A stretch of 64,000 bases of DNA, from the NCBI RefSeq assembly GCF_963921235.1, contig NC_086108.1:73472001-73536000 (forward strand), read 5' to 3'. How positions within the stretch are numbered: position 1 is the first letter of the stretch; every line of letters starts with the position of its first letter. Under the pieces are notes generated by a model. It did not search any database, was not told where the DNA came from, and saw nothing but the letters and a program-made list of their open reading frames with translations. The stretch is from Mobula hypostoma (Eukaryota). Shown here piece by piece: positions 12,051 through 25,211 of this stretch. The translations under genes and the position numbers were made by a program.

Positions 12051-14134
12051 TCTGATTGGTGGGCTTTGCTTCCTTGGAGTCAACCCTTACTTAAAGACTC
12101 TCATCTTAAAATTACAAAGAACATTTGTTTTTACTGTGCAGTGGCTAGGAAAAATATTTCACACTCATACCATAATGCTGCAAATTCTAACAAGTCTGTG
12201 ACAGAAATCAAGCAAGCACGGATATGTTCTCCACAGAGGATGGAAGAGGTGCTGCTATATGTCTAACGGACGGGCAGATGGGGCAAATTCATCACCTGGG
12301 CTTTACTTCCAGTCAGACATGTCAGAAGCAAAGGTGATGAGTTATGATCTTTCTGATATACAGCCCACATCAGTTATGTTTGTAGCTTTTCTTGGGAAAT
12401 CTTCGGAGCCATTCTGCCCGGACCCCTGGTTACTGGCACGCCATTGCCCTCCTTCTGAGCACCATGCTATTTTCCTCAGACACTGACTGAGGATATCCTG
12501 GGAATAGTTTACAAGGTATGGATAAAATTCAAATAAGTGCAACTAATTGAACAGTTCATCAGAAAGCCAGGACAAACAAAATTGGATCAGATGAAAAAAA
12601 GTAATACTGGAAATACTCAACAAGCCTGACAGTATCTGTACAGAGGTAAAAACAGCTAGCATTCTGCATCAGTTCTGTGTACTTCCACCATTCTCTGCTT
12701 TTAATCACAAACTTACACCATTTGTAATTTTGGTTTGTTTTATAATGGATTAAAAAATCTCTTCAATGCCATGTGACTTTTATCCTATTCACTGTTCTGT
12801 AATTTTATAAATTGAGAATGATTAGTATACTTGGCAAAAACATCGCAGCATACCCATGTGATTTGTTACAGGAAGATTTCTTACTTTTAGTTGTATTATC
12901 GGGAAATAATTTGAGCAATAGCAAGCTAAAAGTAGAAACTGAGAGGAGGAATTATCCACAGCTCCACAAATGTCTTATGATCACCAGCTGGTGGCTATAA
13001 AGTTGCAATGCCATCAGCTGACTCATACTTGACCAGCACCTGGCAACGTCTCAAAGACTGCAGATTTTAATTATCCATCAAAATAACACAGAAGTGGCTT
13101 TGCTTCATAACCAATTATTGTATATAATTTAATCTTAATTCAGCTGTTTGAATTTTGATTATATTCACTCCTTTATCTACCATGACAAATATCTAGAGAC
13201 CAAATTTAATTTTAATCATTAAGACACACATGATCTTCAGTCATAGAAATTATTCCTTTGTTTATATATAGTAGATTCTCTTTCAAACCTTTCTATAGCA
13301 TATTATCTAAGTGTCATTAGCTAAAATTAAAACAATAAAAATTTATCAATTTTTATCTTAATTTTGGATGACAGAGTTAGAGACATCCTTGTCCTTTGTC
13401 AGTTAGCAGTTACTGAGGGTATGTTGGGAAGGAATGTTTCCACATTCACGTATACAGTAGATTAACAGTGAACATGCATATATAATAAAGATGATACATT
13501 TTTGTTTTGTGGAATGGATATACGGGCATCAACAATTCTCCAGTGTCTCTTCAGGGTGGATATTCTTCATGCACAAGCACAGACAAGTCCCAGCAGGGAC
13601 AGAGAGAGCTGATCTAAAATTGTACATGCTTTTGCTCTCCCTGGAGTCTGCTGATATACGTATTGCTCGGAAAGTACAGGAGCATGCTAATCCCCTTGTC
13701 CTCATCCACAAAAGGATCTGATCTACTTCAAAACATGATGGATTCTAATAATTTTACAGTACTTATTAACTCCGCAGCAAATAGATTTTTAATATTCAGA
13801 TCAATGTAATTTTAAAAAGCTTGGAAACTAAACACTAACCAAGCTCTATGCTTTGAGCAAATAATTAGCCTGAGACATCAATCCAATACTAGCAAGAAGA
13901 ACTACATTGGCCATATCAATCTTTGTAAGAACATCACTTGCATATCTGTATTGATGGGCAAAACAAAAAAAAAGATTAAAATAAAAAAATTGAACGTTCT
14001 ATATTGTCCACTGCCCCAATCAACATTTTCCCTAACTTCATGTTATTTGGTAATATATTTTAATTCTATTTCTATGATTCTTTTGGCAATGCTCCCCCTC
14101 ATACACTGCACTTCTGTGTAATTCACCGGTAAAA

Positions 14135-14405
14135 TTTCTGTCCCTTTAGGACAGAGAGGAAAAGGAATTTCCTTAGCTTGAGGGTGGTGAATATGTGGAA
14201 TTTATTGTCACAGAATGACCAAGTCATTGGGTATATTTAATGCAGAGGATGATATGATCTTTATTAATAAGGGTGTCAAAGGTTTCATGCTGAAGACAGG
14301 AGATTGGAGTTTAGAGGGATAGTAAATCAGCCATAATCAAGTGGTGGGCAAGACTCAATGGGCAGAAAGGCCTAATTGTGCTCCTATATCTTATAGTCTT
14401 ATGTA
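14135..14405 (+). mobile_element. Old CR1 3' end
   Basis: 'tttaggacagag..ggaatttccttagc..agggtggtgaatatgtggaat' followed by a CR1 3' UTR hairpin and tail. Confidence 0.7.
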
Positions 14406-14699
14406 AGAGTCACTGTGGAATATGATAGTTTCATATTTGATTTCAAATATTCATTCACTAACTGTTTGGATGTAGAGCAAAAAGATTTCCACTTACCAGT
14501 GATGATCATGTGAGGAAAAGCCAAACAAAAGCCAGAGTTCTTTCCTCCTTCATATGGTGAAGAAGTATCATACACAGATACACAAAAGTAGAAATAAATT
14601 TATCAAAGTCCCCCATCTGGTTGAGGGACATATTGCCTAATACAGATAGAGCATCACAGTTCAGAAGCAAGTTATACTTTGTTACCTTGAAAATCATGG

Positions 14700-15520
14700 A
14701 TTCAAAATCAGAATCAGGTTTAATGTCACTGGCGTATTTTGTGACACTTCTTGTTTTGTGGCAGCAGTACAGTGCAATACATAATAATAAAAAACAAAAA
14801 TTACAATAAGTGTAAGTATATGTTTAAAAGATTAAATTGAATAAGGAGTGAAAAAAGAGAGGGGAAATAGTGAGGTAGTGTTCATGGGTTCATTGTCCAT
14901 CCAGAAATCTAATGGCAGAGAGGAAGAAGCTGCTCCTCAAACTTTGAGTGTCTGTCTCCAGGCTCCTGTACTTCCTCCTTGATGGTAGCAATGAGAAGAG
15001 GACATGTACTGGATGCTGGCTGTCCGTAATGATGGATGCTGTCTCTTTGAGGCATCGCCTTTGGAAGGTATCCTTGATGCTGGGGAGGCTGGTACCCATG
15101 ATGGAGTTGGCTAAGTTTGCAACTTTCTGCAGTTTTTTCCAATACTGTGCAGTGGCCCCTCCATACTAGATTGTGATGCAACCAGTTAGAATGCTCTCTA
15201 CGGTACATCTCTAAAAATTTGTAAGTGTCTTTGGTGACGTACCAATTCTCCTCATGCCTCCAATGAAGTCTAGCCACTGTAATTATATCAATATGCTTGG
15301 CCCAGATACATCCTCGGATATTGGCATCCAGTAACTTGAAACCACTCACCCTTTGCACTTCTGATCCCTCAGTGAGGACTGGTGTGTGTTCCCTCAATTT
15401 CCCTTTCCTGAAGTCCACAATCAAATCCTTGGTCTTACTGACGTTGCATGCAAATTTATTGCTGCAACACCACTCAATCAGCTGATCTATCTCACTCCTG
15501 TATGCCTCCTCATCACCATT
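14700..15520 (-). mobile_element. Rex1/Babar-type LINE 3' fragment
   Basis: IVDFRKGK..HTPV; GTSLPSIKDTFQRRCLK..FSLLPSRRKYRSL..SFFLSAIRFL; ATCAGA-like tail repeats at ~14700. Confidence 0.85.
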
Positions 15521-15639
15521 GTAAGCTTATGATCAACTCAGTAGGGTGAACAGTCTACTTCATAGCTATATAGCATGAAAACGTGGCCTTTGGCCTGCTG
15601 GGTGCTGGGTCCTACCATCCATGCATCTATACTAATCCA

Positions 15640-15890
15640 GCATTAATCTCATTCCTATTTTCCTCAATACACCCCTCACCCTCCACTCCAGATTCTACAA
15701 CTCTCCGATACAGGAGGGGAAATTTAACCTAACGTGCCACATGTCTTTGGGATGTGGAAGGGAAATGAAGTACCTTGATGAAATCCACACAGTCAGAGGA
15801 AGAATCTTCAACCGCCACATTGTCAGCGCCCAAGTTCAGGGCTAAATCCAAGTCTCTGGCACTGAGAGATCATCGCACCACTGTGGCATT
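15640..15890 (-). mobile_element. Degenerate V-SINE (HE1-like) copy
   Basis: 'tctttgggatgtggaagggaaa..aaatccacacagtcagaggaagaa' resembles the V-domain on the minus strand, with a degenerate tRNA head at ~15840-15890. Confidence 0.55.
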
Positions 15891-16014
15891 GTAATTGATT
15901 CTGGAATATAACAGTAGTATCAAGGAAAGAATCAGACTTTTGGTAGGATATTAGAAATAAAAGGTTTTACCCTGAAGAGTACAACGGTTCAACTAAGAAA
16001 GAGAAAGTCTGATA

Positions 16015-17394
16015 CAGGTGTCCCCCACTTTTCGAACGTTCGCTTTACGAAACCTCACTGTTACGAAAGACCTACATTAGTACCCTGTTTTCGCTTTCAG
16101 AAGGTGTTTTCACTGTTACGAAAAAAAAAGCAGTGTGCGGGGAAAATCAGTGCGCGATAAAAGGCAGCGCGCCGCGTGCCCCGAGAAGCCGCACTCCCCG
16201 GATTCGGAACGGCATTCTCGCCGGCATCGCTTAAGCACGCGCCTGGGAGCATGCGTTTGCAAGATGAGCTCTAAGGTATTGGAAAAGCCTAAAAGAGCTC
16301 GTAAGGGTGTTACACTTAGCGTAAAACTAGACATAATTAAGCGTTTTGATCGTGGTGAACGAAGTAAGGACTAAGTGAGTTTGGCATGTGGAAACTGACG
16401 AACATGATGTTGAAGAAGTTTTGGCATCCCATGACCAAGAACTGATAGATGAAGAGCTGATGCAATTGGAAGATGAAAGGATAATAATCGAAACCGAATG
16501 CAGTAGCGAACGGACCCAAAGAGACTGCGTGAGATTTTCGCTGCAATGATAAAGTACGACTTTAATTTTGAAAGGGTACGTAGGTTTAGGGGATATTTGC
16601 AGGATGGTTTGAGTCCTTATAAAGAACTGTGTGATAGAAAAATGCGCGAGGCTCAGCAGAAAAGCAAGCCTTCCGCATCAGCCACAGCAGACAACGAACC
16701 TCGACCTTCGACATCGAGGCAGGCAGTCATAGGAGAAGATGAGCTGCCTGCTCTAATGGAAGCAGACGACGAGATGACACCCCTGTGTCCCACCACCCCA
16801 ACACCCAGGTCGCTGCACCCCTGCGTTCTTCGCGGTTCGGTATCTGTCGGTGGCCTGGAGGGTGGGGGCCACTGCACCACCCAACCAGCGACGACTCAGC
16901 CTACCACACCATCATCAGTGTGCTCGGTGGTGAACCAATTCCAGTAAGTGATACTACACTGTACATACATTATTTCTACTTTATACAGGTTGTGTATTTT
17001 TACGTGTTATTTGGTATGATTTGGCAGCTTCATAGCTTAAAGGTTACTGGAGAGCGCTTGCACTGTGTTTTTGCCAACAGCGCTTGCGTGAGATTTTCTA
17101 CCGAGAGCACTTGCGCAAGATTTTCGCTATGGAGAACAGTAATGATTGTGGAAAAGTATTTCTACTTTATATAGGCTGTGTATTTATCATATCATTCCTG
17201 CTTTTACTATATGTTACTGTTATTTTAGGTTTTATGTGTTATTTGGCATGATTTGGTAGGTTATTTTTGGGTCTGCAAACGTTCACAAATTTTCCCCGTA
17301 TAAATAAATGGTAATTACTTCTTCGCTTTACAACATTTCGGCTTACGAACCATTTCATAGGAACGCTCAACCTTCAGATGGCGGGGGAAACCTG
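16015..17394 (+). mobile_element. Tigger/pogo-like (Tc1/mariner superfamily) internally deleted DNA transposon
   Basis: TA TSDs at 16013-14 and 17395-96; imperfect TIRs CAGGTGTCCCCC / CAGGTTTCCCCC. Retains a CENP-B-like HTH start (MSSKVLEKPKRARKGVTLSVKLDIIKRFDRGERSKD) and a C-terminal remnant (YDFNFERVRRFR..YKEL). No DDD domain. Confidence 0.85.
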
Positions 17395-17681
17395 TAACAG
17401 GATAGATATGAATAACACAAGGCTGCCAACCCCCTTCACTTGAAGCCAGTTGTAAGTTCAGAAGCATAAATCTGATATGCCTTATCTGGATCTAAAGGAC
17501 TGAGATTGTTGATGGTTAACTTGAAGGGACCAGTGTTGGAATTATCAGAGACAACAATAAAAATACTCAAAGCAAGAAAAAACCAACAGCAGAAAATTGG
17601 AGTTCAGACATGCTGCCTATCCATGTCAAGGACATTACAGTAATGGCAGATTAATTAGAATATAGAAAACATACAGCACAA

Positions 17682-17832
17682 TGGCCCTTGTGGCTAAAGG
17701 GATCAGAGGGTATGGAGGGAAGGCTGGGGCGGGGTTCTGAGTTGGATGATCAGCCATGATCATACTGAATGGCGGTGCAGGCTCGAAGGGCCGAATGGCC
17801 TACTCCTGCGCCTATTTTCTATGTTTCTATGT
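17682..17832 (+). mobile_element. Very short 5'-truncated CR1 3' end, same family as 45014-47962
   Basis: Closely matches 47812-47962 and ends in ttctatgtttctatgt. Splits the host CR1 tail. Confidence 0.85.
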
Positions 17833-18120
17833 AATACAGGCCCTTTGGCCCACAAAGCTGTGCCAAACATGTCCCTGCCTTAGAACTGCCTAGGCTTTAC
17901 CCATAGCCCTCTATTTTTCTAAGCTCCATGTAGCCATCCAGGAGACTCTTAAAAGACCCTAACGTTTCTGTCTCCACCACCGTCGCCGGCAGCCCATTCC
18001 ACACACTCACCAATCTCTGTGTAAAAAAACTTACCCCTGACATCTCCCCTGTACCTACTTCTAAGCACCTTAAAACTATGCCCTCTCGTGCTAGCCATTT
18101 CAGCCCTGGGAAAAAGCCTC

Positions 18121-19470
18121 TTGGGAGTACTAAGAGATAGAATCTACAAGCATTTGGATAGACAGGGACTTATTAGGGAGAGTCAACATGGCTTTGTGCA
18201 TGGTAGGTCATGTTTGACCAATCTATTGGAGTTTTTCGAGGAGGTTACCAGGCAAGTGGATGAAGGGAAGGCAGTAGATATTGTCCACATGGACTTCAGT
18301 AAAGCCTTTGACAAGGTCCCACATGGGAGGTTAGTTAGGAAAATTCAGTCGCTCGGTATACATGGAGAGGTGGTAAATTGGATCAGACATTGGCTCGATG
18401 GAAGAAGCCAAAGAGTGGTAGTAGAGGATTGCTTCTCTGAGTGGAAGCCTGTGACTAGTGGTGTGCCACAGGGATCAGTGCTGAGTCCATTGTTATTTGT
18501 CATCTATATCAATGATCTGGATGATAATGTGGAAAATTGGATCAGCAAATTTGCTGATGATACAAAGATTGGAGGTGTAGTAGACAGCAAGGAAGGTTTT
18601 CAGAGCCTGCAGAGGGACTTGGACCATCTGGGAAAATGGGCTGAAAAATGGCAGATGGAGTTTAACGCAGACAAGTGTGAGGTATTGCACGTTGGAAGGA
18701 CAAACCAAGGTAGAACATACAAGGTTAATGGTAAAGCACTGAGGAGTGCAGTAGAACAGAGGGATCTGGGAATACAGATACAAAATTCCCTAAAAGTGGC
18801 GTCACAGGTAGATGGGGTCGTAAAGAGAGCTTTTGGTACATTGGCCTTTATTAAACTAAGTATTGAGTATAAGAGCTGGAATGTTATGATGAGGTTGTAT
18901 AAGGCATTGGTGAGGCCGAATCTGGAGTATTGTGTTCAGTTTTGGTCACCAAATAACAGGAAGGATATAAATAAGGTTGAAAGAGTGCAGGGAAGGTTTA
19001 CAAGGATGTTGCTGGGACTTGAGAAACTCAGTTACAGAGACAGGTTGAATAGGTTAGGACTTTATTCCCTGGAGCGTAGAAGAATGAGGAGAGATTTGAT
19101 AGAAGTATATAAAATTATGATGGGTATAGACAGAGTGAATGCAAGCAGGCTTTTTCCACTGAGGCAAGGGGAGAAAAAAACCAGAGGACATGGGTTAAGG
19201 TGAGGGAGGAAAAGTTTAAAGGGAACATTAGTGGGGGGCTTCTTCACACAGAGAGTGGTGGGAGTATGGAATGAGCTGCCAGATGAGGTGGTAAATGCAG
19301 GTTCTTTTTTAACATTTAAGAATAAATTGGACAGATACATGGATGGGAGGTCTATGGAGGGATATGGTCTGTGTGCAGGTCAGCGGGACTAGGCAGAAAA
19401 TGGTTCGGCACAGCCAAGAAGGGCCAAAAGGCCTGTTTCTGTGCTGTAGTTTCTATGGTTCTATGGTTCT
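18121..19470 (+). mobile_element. 5'-truncated CR1 LINE (RT region) nested antisense in another CR1
   Basis: 371-codon ORF 18088-19203 with QHGFVHGRSCLTNL, DFSKAFDKVPH and SKFADDTK; (TTCTATGG)n tail. The host CR1 resumes at ~19469. Confidence 0.92.
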
Positions 19471-21547
19471 ATCCACACGATCAATGCCTCTTATTATCTT
19501 GTATACCTCTATCAGGTCACCTCTCATCTTCCGTCGCTCCAAGGAGAAAAGGCCGAGTTCATTCAACCTATTCTCATAAGGCATGCTCCCCAATCCAGGC
19601 AACATCCTTGTAAATCTCCTCTGCACCTTTTCTATGGTTACCATATCCTTCCTGTAGTGAGGCGACCAGAATCAAGCACAGTACTCCATGTGGGGTCTGA
19701 CCAGGATCCTATATAGCTGCAACATTACCTCTCGGCTCTTAAACTCAATCCCATGATTGATGAAGGCCAATGCACCGTATGCTTTCTTAACCACAGAATC
19801 AACCTGTGTAGCAGCTTTGAGTGTCCTATGGACTTGGACCCGAAGATCCCTCTGATCCTCCACACCGCCAAGAATCTTACCATTAATACTATATTCTGCC
19901 ATCATATTTGATCTACCAGAATGAACCACCTCACACTTATCTGGGTTGAACTCCATCAACCACTTCTCAGCTCAGTTTTGCATCCTATCAATGTCCCGCT
20001 GTAATCTCTGACAGCCCTCCACACTATTCACAACACACCCAACTTTTGTGTCATCAGCAAATTTACTAACCCATCCCTCCACTTCCCCATCCAGGTCATT
20101 TATAAAAATCATAAAGAGTAGGGGTCCCAGAACAGATCCCTGAGGCACACCACTGGTCACCAACCTCCATGCAGAATATGACTCGTCTACCACCACACTT
20201 TGCTTTCAGTGGGCAAGCCAGTTCTGGATCCACAAAACAATGTCCCCTTCGATCCCATGCCACCTTACTTTCTCAATAAGCCTTGTTATCAAATGTTATG
20301 TTATCAAATGGTACGTTATCAAATGCCTTGCTAAAATCCATATACACTACATCTATGGCTCTACCTTCATCAATGTGCTTAGTCACATCCTCAAAAAATT
20401 CAATCAAGCTTGTAAGGCACGACCTCCCTTTGACAAAACCATGCTGACTACTCCAAATCATATTATGCCTCTCCAAATGTTCATAATTCCCGCCTCTCAA
20501 GATCTTCTCCATCAACTTACCAACCACTGAAGTAAGACTCACTGACCTATAATTTCCTGGGCCATCCCCACTCCCTTTCTTGAATAAGGGAGCAACATCC
20601 ACAACCCTCCAAACCTCCAGAACCTCTCCCGTACTCATTGATGATGCAGAGATCATAGCTCAGCAATCTCCTCCCTTGCTTCCCACAGTAGCCTGGGGTA
20701 CATGCGTCCGGTCCCGGTGACTTATCCAAATTGATGCCTTCCAAAAGCTCTAGCACATCCTCTTCTTTAATATCTACATTCTCAAGCTTTTAAGTCCACT
20801 GCAAGTCATCCCTACAATCACCAAGATCCTTTTCCATAGTGAATACTAAAGCAAAGTATTCATTAAGTACCTCCTCTATTTCCTTCGGTTCCATACACAC
20901 CTTTCCACTGCCACACTTGATTGGTCCTATTCTCTCACGTCTTATCCTTTTGCTCTTCACATACTTGTAGAATGCCTTGGGGTTTTCCTTAATCCTCTCT
21001 GCCAAGGCCTTCTCATGGCCCCTTCTGGCTCTCCTAATTTCATTCTTAAGCTCCTTCCTGCTAGCCTTATTATCTTCTAGATTCTTATCATTACCCAGTT
21101 TTTCTAAACCTTTCGTAAGCTCTTCTTTTCTTCTTGACTCAATTTACAGCAACCTTTGTACACCACGGATCTTGTACCCTACCATCCCTTCCCTGTCTCA
21201 TTGGAACGTACCTACGCAGAATCCCACATAAATATCCCCTGAACATTTGCCACATTTCTTCCGTACATTTCCCCGAGATCAGCTGTTTCCAATTTGTGCT
21301 TCCAAATTCCTGCCTGATAGCCTCATATTTCCCCTTACTCCAGTTAAACGTTTCCCTAACTTGTCTGTTCCTATCCCTGCTATGGTAAAGAGATATTGTG
21401 ATCACTATCTCCAAAATGCTCTCCCACTGAGAGACCCAACACCTGACCAGGTTCATTTCCCAATACCAGATCAAGTACAGCCTCTCCTCTTGTAGGCTTA
21501 TCTACATATTGTGTCAGGAAACCTTCCTGAACACACCTAACAAACTC

Positions 21548-21745
21548 TGATGATGATGATGATGACGACATCGACTCAGGCCTGAGAGGCCAGCGTCAGG
21601 CATTTTCATGCCTTACAAGGCGCGGAATGAGAGACTGTGTGGCGCGCTACTCCTCACACAGATATTTCGCAGTACAGTATTCTTCTTTATTTTACGAGGT
21701 CAAGTTGCGAGCTCAACACTCAACCTGGCACGGATGGAAAGCGTT
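21548..21745 (-). mobile_element. SINE-like insertion with (CAT)n tail in the CR1 endonuclease
   Basis: Plus-strand (GAT)n run at 21548-21565 and a CpG-rich, non-CR1 body that replaces part of the endonuclease. Confidence 0.6.
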
Positions 21746-22989
21746 TATAAAAAACACCCAGTAAAATTATTGACTCCTTCCTATTCCTAACTTCCACCCA
21801 CAGAGACTCTGTAGACAACCCTTCCATGACTTCCTCCTTTTCTGCAGCCATGACACTAATTCTGATCAGCAGTGCCACGCCCCCACCTCTTTTGCCTCCC
21901 TCCCTATCCTTTCTGATACATCTAAAGCCTGGCATTTGAAGTAGCCATACCTGCCCCTGCACCATCCAAGTCTCTGTAATGGCCACAACATCATAGCTCT
22001 AAGTGCTGATCCACAATCTAAACTCATTCGCTTTATTCATGATACTCCTCGCATTAAAACAGACACATCTCAAACCATCGGACTGAGTGCGTCCCTTCTC
22101 TATCACCTGCCTATCCTCCCTTTTGCACCGCCTCCAAGCTTTCTCTACTTGCGAGCCAACCTCCCTTTCCTCCGTCACTTCAGTTCGGTTCCCACCCCCC
22201 AGCAATTCTAGTTTAAACTCTCCCCAATAGCCTTAGTAAACTTCTCCCCCACCCCCACCCCCAGGATATTGGTCCTCCTCGGATTCAAGTGCAACCCGTC
22301 CTTTTTGTACAGGTCACACCTGCCCCAGAAGAGGTTCCAATGATCCAGAAATCTGAATCCCTGCCCCCTGCTCCAATTTCTCAGCCACGCATTTATCCTC
22401 TGCCTCATTCTATACCGATACTCACTGTCACGTGGCTCAGGCAGTAATCCTGAAATTATTACCTTTGAGGTCCTGCTTCTCAACTTCTTTCCTAAGTCCC
22501 TGTAGTCTGTTTTCAGGACCCCCTCCCTTTTCCTACCTATGTCGTTGGTACCAATATGCACCACGACCTCTGCCTGTTCTCTTTCCCACTTCAAGATATC
22601 ATGGACGTGATCAGAAAAATCCCGGACCCTGGTACCTGGGAGGCAAACTACCATCCACGTTTCTTTCCTGCATCCACAGAATCACCTATCTGACCCCGTA
22701 ACTATAGTGTCCCCACATATTTGACAGGAAACACACCGACTTTAATACTACTCAGAGCAGTATCTTACTTTGATGACATGATCCATTTCCAGTTTCATCG
22801 GCCAGAAGATGCAATGGTTTAAATTACTTTCTCAATTTTCCTGGATCAGCTTTTCACTCCCATTCACAACCTTCCCCTAAGGATGATAATGCTACAAGGA
22901 AATAAGAGGACCCATCATTCCTTTTTTGCATTATTTATCTATTTTTGTAACTTTTTTTTTATGTTTTGCACTGTACTGCTGCCCATGTG

Positions 22990-23299
22990 TGGGCACGTGG
23001 CCAAGTGGTTAAGGCATTGGACTAGCAACCTGAAGGTCATGGGTTCGAGCCCCAGCCAAGGCAACGTGTTGGTCCCTTGAACAAGGCACTTAATCACACA
23101 TTGCTCTGCGACAACACCGGTGCCAAGCTATACGGGTCCTAATGCCCTTCCCTTGGATAACATTGGTTTCGTGGAGAGGGGAGACTTGCAGCATGGGCAA
23201 CTGCTGGTCTTCCATACAACCTCGCCCAGGCCTGTGCCCTGGAGAGTGAAGACTTTCCAGGTGCAGATCCATGGTCTCACAAGACTAACGGATGCCTTA
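22990..23299 (+). mobile_element. tRNA-derived SINE with CORE-like domain and RTE-like 3' tail, inserted in a Rex1 3' UTR
   Basis: Pol III A box TGGCCAAGTGG at 22998-23008 and B box GGTTCGAGCCC at 23042-23052; CORE-like 'cccttgaacaaggcacttaatc'; tail 'ccatggtctcacaagactaacggatgcc'. Confidence 0.8.
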
Positions 23300-24849
23300 A
23301 GCAGCTACAAAATAAAAATTGTCAGTCTAATAAACTTGATTGTGATTCTGAAAAAAAAATTACTTTTAAGAATTCAAGATGGATATGAAAGGAAACAGCA
23401 AAGGAATAAATACAATATTCTATTCATACAACATTGATTAGAGTCTCAAGAGAAGTTCCTTTAGCTAATCAGAATAATTTTAGGATATAGTAATTAGTCA
23501 GGTTGAACAGTGGACTTGATGAATCCTGCTTCTAGCGAAGAGCCAAGCTTGAAGTAACTGCCAGTTCTACCATCCTACAGTTCCTTTAGTCACCTCATGT
23601 CCTGGATGAGCTGGATAACAGGAATTATCTTACCTCCTCTTTTTCCATTGACAGTGTAAATTGCAGGATAATAGATAAGAGTTTAAATAAGCATTTTGAA
23701 GGGGAGAAAATAATGAAAATCTGCCAGTAATTCCTTCCTTTTTAGGATTGCATTTTAAGAGATTATCACTTTGCAGAATCAGCATCAGCATAACACAAGA
23801 ACAAAGTATTTTGTTTGCGTCTAAACACACTAAGCAATCTCCACACGTTATGTAGTTTTAAAATATGTGCTGATACACAATTATAATCAACGCATCCACT
23901 CAGACACACAAAGACACAAGTGTGCAAAAAGACACATACATGGGGCCCAACAATACTTTGAGTTATCTTTCTGGTAGAATGCCATCTATTATGTGCTGAA
24001 GTTAGTAGTATGTAGATCACCTGGAAATTTTAAGACTATTTATTTTCCTGTAAACACAATTGGCATATTGAAAGCAGTAACAATGGAAACAATTCTCTTC
24101 ATTGAAATCACTGCCTACAAAATAACAAACAGAACACAAGGTCAAAAGAAACTGGCACATTGCCTATTTAGACTGAACACTTTGAAAGGGAGATAGGAGA
24201 CAAGGGAAGTCAAAAAGCAACCAGACCCTAGGCATGGTCTGAGTAGAGTGATCAAACGCAAATTCATAGAAGTCAAGTCTAAAGTAACAAGCCACCTCCT
24301 TATTTCCTTTATAAACAGTGCACAAGATGAATATTCGCACTGCCTACATTGTGGTATTATACCTTTGGTCCATTCCTACAGTGATTGTATCTCTACAGTA
24401 GGCTAATAATTCCTTCTTATATCCCATTCATAATACTTAAACATAAGCAAAGTAATTTCACAAATGCTTTTTGTCGTTATCAGTATTTTGGTAATGACAC
24501 ACTAAAATATTTTGGTCAGCAGCTACTGTATATAATTTTGCCTTCTTCTGACACATTGGAAAATACAATTACTAATATAAATTCAATTGTATATTGCAAT
24601 GAGTAGCTTGGTTTTTTAAAACTTCTTTTTCAATATCTCACCCCAGCCAAAAAGCTAACTATGAATCAGGCTCCGATGGAGGTGACATATAATGTTGCAC
24701 TGACCATAATGAAGTGGACGTGGGGAACTCAGTACAATTTATTCCTCTCCCTCTTGGAAGATGCTTCCTAAGTGTCACATAACAAAGCCAAGCTTATGAA
24801 GTAGATTTCATTGCATAGTGCTATTGTGGGCCCCTTATCTAAGAAATGT

Positions 24850-25211
24850 TGGGCGGCAGGGTGGAGATACATCTCTACCAGAGGAAGTGTAAGGCACTCC
24901 TTCCCTCCACGAGCCTGCAGGTAACCCTTGACCCCACCGTTCAGGCTCAACTGAAGCCATGGGAGCAGGTGGTCGATGGTTGTATGAACAACTGGTGCTT
25001 ATCACAAGAGTTGATTATGTGACCACTGACTCCAGGCAGACAATCTCTAAAGAGTATTGGTAATGGTTGGGGTCACCTGTCTTGTAAAGACACAGCCCAC
25101 AGGAAGGCAAAGGAAAACCACTTCTGTAGAGAAATTTGCCAAGAATAATCATGGTCATGGATAGACCATGATCACCTATATCATACGACGTGGCACATAA
25201 GCATGATGACA
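24850..25211 (+). mobile_element. RTE-related non-autonomous element (SINE-like)
   Basis: Contains 'gaaggcaaaggaaaccacttctgtagagaaatttgccaagaa', resembling the RTE/Bov-A-type motif. TAAGAAA is duplicated on both flanks. Confidence 0.6.

Larger units (their letters stand above)
17659..22715 (-). mobile_element. Long CR1 LINE (ORF1 esterase to 3' tail), fragmented by three nested insertions
   Basis: ORF1 SGNH-esterase part at 22208-22654 (VVCLPG..HIGTND..DGLHLN); endonuclease (FNARSI, AITETW); RT (SGVPQGSVLGP, KFADDTK); tail at 17659. Many stops and frameshifts. Confidence 0.9.

Noticed and set aside
12590..12735. Very old PLE-like pLTR remnant (similar traces at ~9880-9995)
   Set aside because: Too decayed to delimit, and the hammerhead core is not retained.
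14497..14637. Minus-strand exon candidate with a GTAAGT donor
   Set aside because: All three frames contain stops from the best acceptor, and no product is recognisable.
20284..20325. 15-bp triplication (GTTATCAAATG..) in a CR1 RT region
   Set aside because: Ordinary slippage in a dead copy.
22990..23062. tRNA gene
   Set aside because: A and B boxes are present, but I see no proper acceptor stem and the sequence continues into a SINE body. The same applies to 43540-43607.
23634..23821. Minus-strand exon candidate (AG..GTAAGA) with an open frame
   Set aside because: The peptide is unrecognisable, the acceptor is weak, and no partner exons were found.
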